Shown in pieces: positions 27,941-36,688 of a DNA stretch of 40,473 nucleotides. The translations under genes were made by a program, and so were the position numbers. Every line of letters begins with the position of its first letter. The first letter of the stretch is position 1. Below the pieces are notes generated by a model. The model searched no databases. It saw only the letters and a list, made by a program, of their open reading frames with translations, and was not told where the DNA came from. The stretch is from an uncultured bacterium. Lineage in GTDB: Bacteria > JAJVIF01 > JAPKYR01. The stretch is taken from positions 1 to 40,473 of the forward strand of contig CBDUXL010000003.1 in NCBI GenBank assembly GCA_965371155.1, written 5' to 3'.

Positions 27941-28429
27941 ATGACCACAGTCGTTGTTCTGCTTGCTGTCATTGTTGTTCTCCTCCTCTACATGGGAACG
28001 CGGTTCCTGAAGGACGCTCGAGCCATCCGGCGCGAACTCGCCGACGGTCGTACACTCAGGGAGCTTGATGAGATGGTGCACGAGACCCGCGAGAGACTGC
28101 TCGCGAACTACGACGAGGTCACCACCGATCTTGACAAGCGGTTGGACAAGCTCGATACGTCGAAACGCGAAGCTGAGGAAATGATCGCGCGCCTTGAAGC
28201 ATTGCTCCAGAGCGAGCGTCTGAAGACTCTCGAGGAGAGGGGAATCCTTTTCGCCATCGAGGCGGGGGAAGGGACCGGCCACGAACAGGATCGCACGATG
28301 CGAATCACCGAGCTTCTGAGAAGCGGCGCATCTATTGAGGAGGTCGCGAGGATAACCGAGGCGGGGGTTCGAGAGGTGGAGCTTGTCCGCCTACTCTTGA
28401 GGAGAAAGAAAGAAGCCGAAGGCGCATAA
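27941..28429 (+). CDS. membrane-anchored coiled-coil protein with C-terminal HTH-like motif (DUF2802/DUF6115-like)
   Basis: GGAGAGG RBS; N-terminal TM, heptad region, 'GASIEEVARITEAGVREVELV'. Confidence 0.7.
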   Translation: MTTVVVLLAVIVVLLLYMGTRFLKDARAIRRELADGRTLRELDEMVHETRERLLANYDEVTTDLDKRLDKLDTSKREAEEMIARLEALLQSERLKTLEERGILFAIEAGEGTGHEQDRTMRITELLRSGASIEEVARITEAGVREVELVRLLLRRKKEAEGA

Positions 28430-28461
28430 CTTGTAGATATCGGTTTTGAGACGTATTGTCC

Positions 28462-28490
28462 AGGCTCCGCAATCGCGGGGCTTTTCCTTT
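28462..28490 (+). terminator. intrinsic terminator
   Basis: AGGCTCCGC-AATC-GCGGGGCTT followed by TTCCTTT. Confidence 0.6.
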
Positions 28491-28541
28491 GCAGAATGGT
28501 CATTTGGTTACATTTTCCACATTTAATGGATATTAATTAGT

Positions 28542-29360
28542 ATGGAAAACGACCGAATGGAGGAACGCTCCATGCGCGTTTCAATGCACCTATTGCTGCT
28601 GACCATCTTTGCCGTGACGTTGATGATCGGATGCAACGACGGCCAATACGCAAACCCCTACTCGGTTCCCACTACACCTTCCGAGTGGCGCTCAATGACC
28701 GTGACCGACGCAGGCGCCTCGTTCTCGTTTCCCGACATCGGCGCCTATCTGAGCTTCCCGGCGGGCGCGATTCCCCAGGATGAAACACATACATTCAACA
28801 TTCAGTTGTATCCTGAGGGGGTGCCGATGGTGCCACCCGGCCGGATCTACATCCGCCAGGGAACCTTCGAGCTCATCGGGACGCTGGATTCCTTCAATGA
28901 AACGGTCGAAGTCAGATTTCAGGTAGTCGAGGAGCAGAATCCCGGAATCTCCCTTTGCGGCTTCCGGCTGAACAGCGAAAATGTCTGGCAGGTTCATATG
29001 CCGTCACCGATGCTTGATGACGGGCAGCATGTGACATTTCGCATTCGCCAATCGGGCGTTTACGGCGTATTCGAGTTTATCCCATTGCACGTCGAGGCTA
29101 ATGTGAGCCGGCAAATGGGGCCGGCGCCACTGTCTGTCGGCTTCGAGGCGATAATAACCGGAGGGCACCCACCATACATTGTGATTTGGGAATTCGGTGA
29201 CAATTCCGACTCCGAGGGTGGCCTGACCGTTGCTCACGGCTATCCTGATCCTGGAGACTACACTGCAACTGTCATGGTAGTGGACCAGGATAACACAGTA
29301 GTCACTGACTGGGTTCACCTGACCTGCTACTGGATGCCGGGACCGCCGGCGCTTCCATAG
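28542..29360 (+). CDS. PKD-domain lipoprotein (ZU5-like N-terminal part)
   Basis: Lipobox-like 'LMIGC'; 'LSFPAGAI'; PKD signature 'WEFGD......HGY..PGDYTATVMV.D'. True start may be ATG 28572. Confidence 0.75.
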   Translation: MENDRMEERSMRVSMHLLLLTIFAVTLMIGCNDGQYANPYSVPTTPSEWRSMTVTDAGASFSFPDIGAYLSFPAGAIPQDETHTFNIQLYPEGVPMVPPGRIYIRQGTFELIGTLDSFNETVEVRFQVVEEQNPGISLCGFRLNSENVWQVHMPSPMLDDGQHVTFRIRQSGVYGVFEFIPLHVEANVSRQMGPAPLSVGFEAIITGGHPPYIVIWEFGDNSDSEGGLTVAHGYPDPGDYTATVMVVDQDNTVVTDWVHLTCYWMPGPPALP

Positions 29361-29590
29361 CGCTTTGACCATACTGTGCAGATAACGCGCCTGTGAGAGA
29401 CCCCGCTTGCCGGCAAATCCGAGCCCGGACTTCCCCGGGCATTTTCTCTGCCGCTATCGCCTCGCGATGAGACGGCCTGATCTCACCTGGAACAGAAATC
29501 GACCCGCAGGCTCATTCTTTACGCCCTATCAACTTGCCGCATTACCTGTCGTGGGATACAATCTAATTGCATCCGTCTCAAGGGAGTGGG

Positions 29591-30442
29591 ATGAAAATGG
29601 CCACTATCCCTGTTCGCGAAAGCATATTCCATGGCTCCTTCTATCCCGGGAACGCGGGCGAGATCAAGCGCATGCTTGATGTGTTCATTGAACGCGCAGG
29701 GGAGCAGAAACGAGTTCCGCGGCCACCGATACTTATCATTCCCCATGCCGGATGGGCCTACTCCGGACTTGCCGCGGTTAGAGGGCTCGCGACATTTGTT
29801 GCCTCCCCTCCTGAAAGAATCGTGCTGATCGGCCCGTCGCACCGTCACTATTTCCTGGGCTTTTCTCCAGCCGGTTTCGAGAAGTACAAGACCCCCCTGG
29901 GAGAGATTGAGGTCGACCTCGAACTCCAGTCCTCAATCTGCGACATCACCAACTGCCGGTTTGACCCGGAAGCCCACTCATACGAACACTCTCTGGAAGT
30001 TATTCTACCCATGATCCAACACATTGTGCCGGGTGAACCGAAGATTCTCCCTATTCTGACAGGGAGTGTCGGGCAGGCGGATATCGATAAACTCGCGGAT
30101 GCGCTCGCGGGGGCTCTTGATCCGCTTCGTGACACTCTCGTGGTCTCGACCGACCTTAGCCATTTCTATTCCTACGAGGAAGCCAGAGCCCTCGATCAGA
30201 AGACGCTGGACCTGATAATAGACGGCGACGAAAAAGCTCTGATTCAACGATCCGGTGAAGAGGGACGTCTTTGCTGCGGGTTCACCGGAGTGGCTGTAGC
30301 AATCGTACTGGCCCGGCGTTGGGATCTCGGCGCACCTGAGGTGCTGATATACTATAATTCCGGTGATTCAGGCGGAGACAAGCAGAGCGTGGTTGGTTAT
30401 GCTTCAATCGCCTACGCTTTTCCCGACCTTTCAGCAGACTAG
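29591..30442 (+). CDS. amrB: AmmeMemoRadiSam system protein B (MEMO1 family)
   Basis: 'GSFYP', 'PHAGWAYSG', 'IGPSH', 'TPLG', 'EHSLEV', 'STDLSHF', 'VVGYAS'. Start reassigned to ATG 29591. Confidence 0.9.
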   Translation: MKMATIPVRESIFHGSFYPGNAGEIKRMLDVFIERAGEQKRVPRPPILIIPHAGWAYSGLAAVRGLATFVASPPERIVLIGPSHRHYFLGFSPAGFEKYKTPLGEIEVDLELQSSICDITNCRFDPEAHSYEHSLEVILPMIQHIVPGEPKILPILTGSVGQADIDKLADALAGALDPLRDTLVVSTDLSHFYSYEEARALDQKTLDLIIDGDEKALIQRSGEEGRLCCGFTGVAVAIVLARRWDLGAPEVLIYYNSGDSGGDKQSVVGYASIAYAFPDLSAD

Positions 30443-31045
30443 ATGACCTGCGCCGGTGAGGATGAACAAATGGAGAGCGAGGACACAGCAACTCGAAGCC
30501 AGGATGACCTGCCGAATCTGGGCGAGGAGAACCGGAGATTCCTGAAAACAGTCGCCCGCGAGGCGGTTGAACGGCATGTCCGCGGCCAGGAGCTGGAACG
30601 CCCATTGTACGACGATCCAAGACTGAAGAAAGAATGGGGAGCTTTCGTCACGCTCAAGATCGGCGGGCTCCTCCGAGGCTGCATCGGGAATATCGTCTCG
30701 GACCAGCCCCTGCCGGAGACCATTGCCGAACTCGCCGTGAAATCAGCGTCGTCCGACCCACGTTTCCCGCCCATTGGCCCGGCCGAGCTTGAAAGTCTTG
30801 ATATTGACATCTCAGTCATGGGACCGCTTCAGGAAGTCAAGGACATCGGCGAGATCGTTATCGGCCGGGATGGTTTGGTTATTGAGAAAGGCCTGAACCG
30901 AGGCTTGCTTCTTCCCCAGGTTGCATCGGAACATGGGTTTGATGTTCCCACGTTCCTCTCCCAAACTTGCCTGAAGGCAGGCTTGCCGCTGGACGCCTGG
31001 AAAAAAGGCGCCAGGATCTACCGCTTCCCCGCAGAGGTTTTTTAA
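30443..31045 (+). CDS. amrA: AmmeMemoRadiSam system protein A (AMMECR1 family)
   Basis: 'GAFVTL', 'LRGCIG', 'DPRFPP', 'GLLLPQV', 'KAGL'. Confidence 0.92.
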   Translation: MTCAGEDEQMESEDTATRSQDDLPNLGEENRRFLKTVAREAVERHVRGQELERPLYDDPRLKKEWGAFVTLKIGGLLRGCIGNIVSDQPLPETIAELAVKSASSDPRFPPIGPAELESLDIDISVMGPLQEVKDIGEIVIGRDGLVIEKGLNRGLLLPQVASEHGFDVPTFLSQTCLKAGLPLDAWKKGARIYRFPAEVF

Positions 31046-31056
31046 GGCGCAAACAA

Positions 31057-32076
31057 GTGTCCGCCACCGTCTACGATGGAAAAGCCCTCATAGCGAAACT
31101 CTCGCGCCGAATCAAGCGTGACGCTGAACGCATACGCAAGCAGCGACATATCGAGGTCGGCCTGGGCATTCTGCTGGTCACCGGCGACCAGGTGTCCATG
31201 GGCGATGTAACTAAAATCGCCGCAAAGGCGGAGGAGCTTGGCATTGTGGTTCAGCTTCAGCGGGTGGCCCAACGCAATGTTGGAAGAAAGTTCTACCCGA
31301 CGCTCGAAGAGTACGCCGCAAGCCCCTTCGTACAAGGAATCTATATTCAGCTTCCCCTTCCTACCCAGATTGTCCCGCTGTCCGAGGTAATGCAGAGACT
31401 CCCACCGGAGAAGGATGTCGCGGGCCTGCATTTCCAGAACCGTGGCATGGCGACCTATCCCCCGCATGAGGTCGAATACACGGTTCATCCGCCTGAGCTT
31501 ACAGCCGTCAAGTCCGCCATGGAGGAATGCGCCTTTCAACTGAAAGGCGGGAAGGTCGTGATAATCGGGAGTAACGCTACGACGGGCACGGTGAAGCTCC
31601 TGGCAAATTATCTGTACGATCGCGGCAGCAATGTCAGAGTGGTTCATGTGTCTAGTATTCCGGGGTTCGCATCACAAACGCATGAAACAACTCTGAAAGA
31701 GCAATCGGCGACCACGAACGAGTTGGAGGAAATCATCAATCCCGACGGGGAGGCGGTGATCGCCTGGACCAACCATCCCGGATGGCTCACGCGTCGCACA
31801 TTGAAAAAAGGCAGTCTCGTCATCGACATGGGATACAAGTTCGCCAGAGGTCGAATCTCGGGCGATTGCGATTTCCCGAGCGTCTCCCAGGTCGCTGATG
31901 TTATGACTCCGGTTCCCGGCGGGATCAGGAATATCGTGCATGTAATGATACTTCAGAACCTCATTTCCTTAATCCAGAGGCAGCTTGGCGAGGAGGAGGA
32001 GATAGCCCGCGGACACCTGCACCGACGTTTCGGAGGGAAAGGAAAGAAAGCCGGTCAAACGAAAAAGGTCAAATGA
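31057..32076 (+). CDS. FolD-like methylenetetrahydrofolate dehydrogenase/cyclohydrolase homolog (degenerate)
   Basis: 'DGKAL', 'GIYIQLPLP', 'PEKDV', 'VIDMG', 'GDCDF' and 'TPVPGG' identify the fold; catalytic motifs are altered. Start GTG 31057. Confidence 0.8.
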   Translation: MSATVYDGKALIAKLSRRIKRDAERIRKQRHIEVGLGILLVTGDQVSMGDVTKIAAKAEELGIVVQLQRVAQRNVGRKFYPTLEEYAASPFVQGIYIQLPLPTQIVPLSEVMQRLPPEKDVAGLHFQNRGMATYPPHEVEYTVHPPELTAVKSAMEECAFQLKGGKVVIIGSNATTGTVKLLANYLYDRGSNVRVVHVSSIPGFASQTHETTLKEQSATTNELEEIINPDGEAVIAWTNHPGWLTRRTLKKGSLVIDMGYKFARGRISGDCDFPSVSQVADVMTPVPGGIRNIVHVMILQNLISLIQRQLGEEEEIARGHLHRRFGGKGKKAGQTKKVK

Positions 32077-32098
32077 ATTGCCCGATCCGCGTCGGCAA

Positions 32099-33328
32099 TC
32101 ACGCCAGATACATGACTATTGAAATCAGCGCAACAACCAGGGCAGGAAGATACACTTTCCTTATTACCTTGTACATGTCGGCCTGGAAATAATCGGACGA
32201 AAGCACAAGGCACAAATGCACCGGCGACAGTATCACCCCGATAAACCCGAAAGCATACGCCATCTGCACTTTCGACAAATCCACCGGATCACCAAAAAAC
32301 GGCAACAACAGTGGGAACGCAACGCTCACGTACGAATGGGTAATTCCGGTCAGGTACCCGACCAACATCGGAAGTACTATGAACAACGCCACGGGCGGTA
32401 TCCCCCATTCCCCCAGAACTCCGGGCAACTCCTCCACCGCTCCGCTTTCCGCGATTATGTCCTTGAAAATCAGGACTGCAAGAATGACCAAGATCAATCT
32501 CCAGTCAATAGAGGTTCTGACTGTCTTGACCAGCCTCCCCCACCCTAACCTCTGCAGGCCGAACAGGATGATTGTCACCGGCAATGTTACAAGCAATAGA
32601 TTGACATTTTCCTCGATGAATTCAGGCCACGGAATTACGATCACAACCAAAATAATCAGCAGGACCGGCCAGAATCCATTCAGGAAAGTCCTGATGTTCC
32701 TCCAGAATTCCCCGCCGCCGGGAATCGGGCGGAACAGTTTCGGGACCTGAAGCAGACCGAATATCGAGCCACCCAGAAGAGCAGCAAGACACAAGGGGAA
32801 TTGATAGACGACGAACTCGCGAAGATCGATATCGAGAATGGTCGCCGCCAGAAGAAGTCCCGGATAAAGCGGATACGAGTACTCCCACACGTGACGAAAC
32901 CAGTAGTTCAGATAAGTTCTGGTTTCCGCCGAGAGTTTCGCCTCGTCCGCCAGCCCCTCGATCATCGGCGCCGAAAATAGCGCGCCTCCGGGCATTGGCA
33001 GCAGACCGATCAGCGACGGCAGCAAGCCTATCGTAAATCGGTTGTCCACAAGGGCATTCCTGACTGCACCGACAAGCTCCTCCAACGCGCCGGCTTCCTT
33101 GAGACAGCTTGAGAGAATTAGAATGCACGCGACCATCGCGAGCAGGCTCAATGAATTCGGGTCCCTCACCGTCCCCCAGACCGTCACGGCAAACAGCATC
33201 GGCGGCATCAAAAAAAGCACCGCCATCGCCACCGTGCAAACCACCAGCACAAGACTCAGCGCCCACTTCCTTTGCGTGAGGAAATAGAGCAGACCAAGAA
33301 TCGCGACTAGCTTCAGTATGGTGAGAAT
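32099..33328 (-). CDS. DUF401-family (IT/TRAP large permease-like) membrane protein
   Basis: 'IGLLPMPGGALFSAPM', 'NYWFRHVWEY..PLYPG', 'LSPVHLCL'. The frame extends through an additional TM helix upstream of GTG 33250; ATT start at 33328 proposed. Confidence 0.8.
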   Translation of the reverse strand: MLTILKLVAILGLLYFLTQRKWALSLVLVVCTVAMAVLFLMPPMLFAVTVWGTVRDPNSLSLLAMVACILILSSCLKEAGALEELVGAVRNALVDNRFTIGLLPSLIGLLPMPGGALFSAPMIEGLADEAKLSAETRTYLNYWFRHVWEYSYPLYPGLLLAATILDIDLREFVVYQFPLCLAALLGGSIFGLLQVPKLFRPIPGGGEFWRNIRTFLNGFWPVLLIILVVIVIPWPEFIEENVNLLLVTLPVTIILFGLQRLGWGRLVKTVRTSIDWRLILVILAVLIFKDIIAESGAVEELPGVLGEWGIPPVALFIVLPMLVGYLTGITHSYVSVAFPLLLPFFGDPVDLSKVQMAYAFGFIGVILSPVHLCLVLSSDYFQADMYKVIRKVYLPALVVALISIVMYLA

Positions 33329-33352
33329 GGCTGCGGCCGTCCTTCCGGAATG

Positions 33353-34063
33353 CTAATTACCCTTGCTCTCCCAGCTTTCCAGTACTCCTTCAACCTCCGA
33401 CATATGCTCTATCACCGCGTCCGGGACATCCTCCGGTATCCTCGGTTCCTGCTCCGCATGCGGACCCATCTTTATCTGTATGGTTCTCATTCCCAAAATG
33501 TTGGCAGGATAAATGTCGTTATCCAACCGATCGCCGATCATGCAGCAGCTTTCAGGCGCGATATCGATCCGGTCGCAAACCGCGAGGAAAAACCGCGTGT
33601 CCGGCTTCTCCAGCTTCAAGTCTTCACTGACCAGTGTCGACTTGAAATGCCGCAGCAGGCCGGCCTCCTCGAGCTTCTCCCTGACCACCGACGGCTGGTT
33701 TGCCGCGATCGCGAGGACATACTTCTTCGCAAGACGTGGTATCAATTCCTCGACTCCCGGCATCAACGTTAGATCCTCGATCTCCCCGAAAACGCGTTGA
33801 AGCACCTCCCGGTACACTCTCATGTAGCGCTCCTTGTCGGGCTGGAGATAATGCCAAATCGCCGCCCTGTTGCCGCTCGAAGTCCACGCCCGGATCGCCT
33901 TGTCCCTCTCGCGCAAGACATCCTCACTCGTGACCTTGGTCCCAAGCTCCCTCGTCAGCAGCTCTGCGGTGACATCGACAATCCGGTCGTAATCGGCCCT
34001 CTCATCGACAATCGGCCCGCCGACATCAAAAAGAACCGCCCTCAACGGCGCATCGGACATCAT
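33353..34063 (-). CDS. HAD superfamily hydrolase
   Basis: Motif I 'FDVGGP' (second Asp replaced), 'ANQ', 'KPD', 'IGDRLDNDI'. Confidence 0.88.
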   Translation of the reverse strand: MMSDAPLRAVLFDVGGPIVDERADYDRIVDVTAELLTRELGTKVTSEDVLRERDKAIRAWTSSGNRAAIWHYLQPDKERYMRVYREVLQRVFGEIEDLTLMPGVEELIPRLAKKYVLAIAANQPSVVREKLEEAGLLRHFKSTLVSEDLKLEKPDTRFFLAVCDRIDIAPESCCMIGDRLDNDIYPANILGMRTIQIKMGPHAEQEPRIPEDVPDAVIEHMSEVEGVLESWESKGN

Positions 34064-34302
34064 GATTGGGGGAGTATAGCACTATGGGCGGGACGGGGGT
34101 ATCGGGTGGTGGAGGGTGCCGGCGTGGGGGTGTTTCGGGGGGAGGTGTTTCCGGCGAAAAAAAAAGTTGAATTTTCGTTTCCGGGGAACGGGTGGGATGC
34201 GTTTATTGGTGCGGGTTTGCGCAAATCAGGGGAAACCTCATTTCGTCGCGAAATGCAGGTGTCCCCGCCAGTCCCTGGGAAATGCATTCCCAGGCTACAG
34301 AC

Positions 34303-35568
34303 TCACCATTCACCGTCAGGTGCTTCGAGGGCTACGTTGAACAGGTAATACTCCTTGCAAAGCAGAGTATCCGGCCCGGGTACAACGTGCCAAATGTTCA
34401 ACCGAAAAATATACGGTAACTCCGCCGGCAGAAATCCCGGGACTTTATCGTTAACCCAGACATAACCAAGATTGTCCCAAGACGGTGAATTCCCCCCGAA
34501 GTAATAGTCGTCAGGGACACCGTTTGGGTGCTGCGTAAAGTTCCCGCAGAGCTTGTTTATTAGAACAAGATCAGATTCAGTTCCTACCCAATCAGCCTTA
34601 AAATCATCGTTCCATAGTTTCATGTGCCAATGGATTAATAGTCCTGAAACTTCGGGTGGCGCATCAGGATCTATCGGCTCATCCTGGGTTATGTAGAACT
34701 CATAAGGCATAGGGGAATTAGCCTCAGGACCGAAATCAGTCGCCGGATCGACGACCGGCATATTCACCGGCGGCGCCCAATGAGCGTAAACCGCGTATGA
34801 GGCGAGTATCGGTCCCACGGAAGGCGGGTGGATTATGTAAGTCCGTGTTACCGTCTGACCGGCCTCGAACATGTGCCTTGTCTCGTTGGAGTAATACCTC
34901 TTGTAGGCATTGATTGTCCCAAGGTCCTCACCTGATGAATACTTGCCGGGATAATAACCATAAATCGGCTGGCCTTCATCCAGGTCATGATCGGTAGGAT
35001 GCGGATTATCAGGTGACCATATAGTCGTCCAGCCGTCAGGATTCATCAGCTCCGCGTCGCCCTTCTCATGAGACGACCACCGATTAAACCATCCGTCAAA
35101 TGGTGGAAGCTCAGCCATTTCCCTCAGCTCCGGGTCCGGAAAATACTGCGACGCAGGGAACATAATTATTCCCTTCACATCAAAACCTGTGGCGTACTTG
35201 ATGTCGGCAGACCAGGGATGCTTTATCGAGATGTCAACCGACACATTGCCATCAGGAGTGACATGAATGTTCGAAAGCCAAACGCAGTCGGTACACGGAT
35301 CAACCTCCAGAAGTTTCACAGCATTCAGATGATAACCCCATTCACCGGACGCGGTCCGGTTGGGGTTCACGATAAAGCATGAACCATCACTGCCGATTTC
35401 GATATTATAAACACCCCAGTTCAGGTATTGGCCCGGTTCCAAACTGCTCGATTCGGCACCCGTTACCGTTGAAAACAATAACTGATTATTGATAGGGTCA
35501 CTGCCGCCACTTCGGCCACAACCGATCAGGAAGGCAATAACAACAAGAATAACAACCTGGGTTTTCAT
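34303..35568 (-). CDS. hypothetical lipoprotein, paralogous to the N-terminal domain of 20892-23459
   Basis: AGGAGG RBS; lipobox-like 'LIGC'; shared motifs WG.Y, PNR, D.....HP, G(Y/F)DV(R/K)G, PDG(Y/W)T; AT-richer than average. Confidence 0.8.
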   Translation of the reverse strand: MKTQVVILVVIAFLIGCGRSGGSDPINNQLLFSTVTGAESSSLEPGQYLNWGVYNIEIGSDGSCFIVNPNRTASGEWGYHLNAVKLLEVDPCTDCVWLSNIHVTPDGNVSVDISIKHPWSADIKYATGFDVKGIIMFPASQYFPDPELREMAELPPFDGWFNRWSSHEKGDAELMNPDGWTTIWSPDNPHPTDHDLDEGQPIYGYYPGKYSSGEDLGTINAYKRYYSNETRHMFEAGQTVTRTYIIHPPSVGPILASYAVYAHWAPPVNMPVVDPATDFGPEANSPMPYEFYITQDEPIDPDAPPEVSGLLIHWHMKLWNDDFKADWVGTESDLVLINKLCGNFTQHPNGVPDDYYFGGNSPSWDNLGYVWVNDKVPGFLPAELPYIFRLNIWHVVPGPDTLLCKEYYLFNVALEAPDGEW

Positions 35569-35723
35569 CTGAAACCTCCTTTGTGATTTGATGGCCGAGC
35601 AGACGGTACAAACTCCTCAACCCGGCACGAGTCTCATACTCCTTTTATCACACTTTCTCAAATCGCACAAGAGGCGACAAACAGGATTCGGTGGGCTTCC
35701 TCATGCCTGCAACTACCTTTGCA

Positions 35724-36466
35724 TCACTGACCGGTACCCAGCGAAATCAAGCGAAGGAACTCCATTCGGGTCTTGCTGAACCGCTTGAACCCGCCGCGCA
35801 TGGCGCTCGTAACGGTCTTCGAGTTCTGCTTCTGCACCCCGCGCATCATCATGCAGAGGTGATACGCCTCAATCACCACGCCGACGCCGGCTTCTCTCGC
35901 TTCTGTCTGAGCAGCAGTGAACTCGTCCACGTGCGCAACGTCGGGCGGGTAGGTTGTGACTGTGGCAAGGCCGGCGGCAACGAGTGCAAGGTTGACGAAC
36001 GTCCCGTCCTCAGTGTAGATGTATCGCAAGAGCCTGCCATAGTGGTCGCGATCCGTTATGTCTTTGACAAGGTAGACTGATTGGCCTTCCAGCAAATCCC
36101 TCGTGAAGTCGCTTGCCTCCGGACCAAACGGTTCCACGCCGCGCCTGGGATGGACGGTCTCCGGCGTGTCAATGCCGATGAATCTGACCTTCTCGCCATT
36201 TTCAAGCTCTATTGTATCGCCGTCAATAACCCTTGCGCAAAGGTGCCATTCCCCGTCTGGTGGCAGCGAAGGTTCGACAGGCGACGGATCAGGAACAGGC
36301 GCTGCAACCTGCGCAGGTGGAGCGGGCTTGCTCGGGGACGGTGCGGGTGGGTCCTGGTTTACAGTCGGTGCCGGGCAGCCAAGCAGGAGAAGGCTTCCGC
36401 CAGCGTGAGTAGCCCGATTAGGATAGTCCTGAGAAACACACCACCTGAGGTTGTGTAGCCTTTCAT
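35724..36466 (-). pseudogene. frameshifted thermonuclease (SNase) lipoprotein fused in frame to the 3' end of folE (GTP cyclohydrolase I)
   Basis: AGGAGG + ATG 36466; frameshift near 36400 in the signal peptide; 'LLGC' lipobox, Pro linker, 'VIDGDT', 'IGIDTPE', 'DHYGRLL', then from about 35885 '[26 protein letters not shown]...TRMEFL'. Confidence 0.85.
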
Positions 36467-36513
36467 AAGCCCTCCTGCAGAAGAGTTCGGGAGCAGATTA
36501 TAGCAGCATTTTC

Positions 36514-36647
36514 GAGGGCGCGTACCCCGCGCCCCTACGAGGAATCCCTGGCAAGATTACGTCGTGTGCGTGCAAATTTCTGAGGGCGCGTGCCCCGCGC
36601 CCCTACAAGGAATCCCCGGCAAGCCCCTACGAGGAACCCCCGGCAAG
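36514..36647. repeat. GTAG-family REP cluster (tandem)
   Basis: GGGCGCGTRCCCCGCGCCCCTAC at 36516-36538 and 36584-36606, each followed by RAGGAATCCCYGGCAAG; a third partial unit lies at 36624-36647. Confidence 0.85.
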
Positions 36648-36688
36648 TGCATAGCCGGGGTACGGGATCGTTGATTTATTGGTCAATG

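Noticed and set aside
33353-33355. Pyrrolysine or amber recoding as a genome-wide code change
   Set aside because: TAG terminates many genes here at their expected family ends (ileS, amrB, ECF sigma) and no pyl genes are visible.
34085-34290. G-rich intergenic tract as ncRNA or G-quadruplex
   Set aside because: No recognisable RNA family; only low-complexity G runs, an A9 tract and a short palindrome (CATTTCGTCGCGAAATG).
36514-36647. CRISPR array (also considered for 4091-4242 and 40305-40457)
   Set aside because: Few copies, irregular spacing, mixed orientation, GTAG-palindrome structure and no cas genes; these fit REPs.
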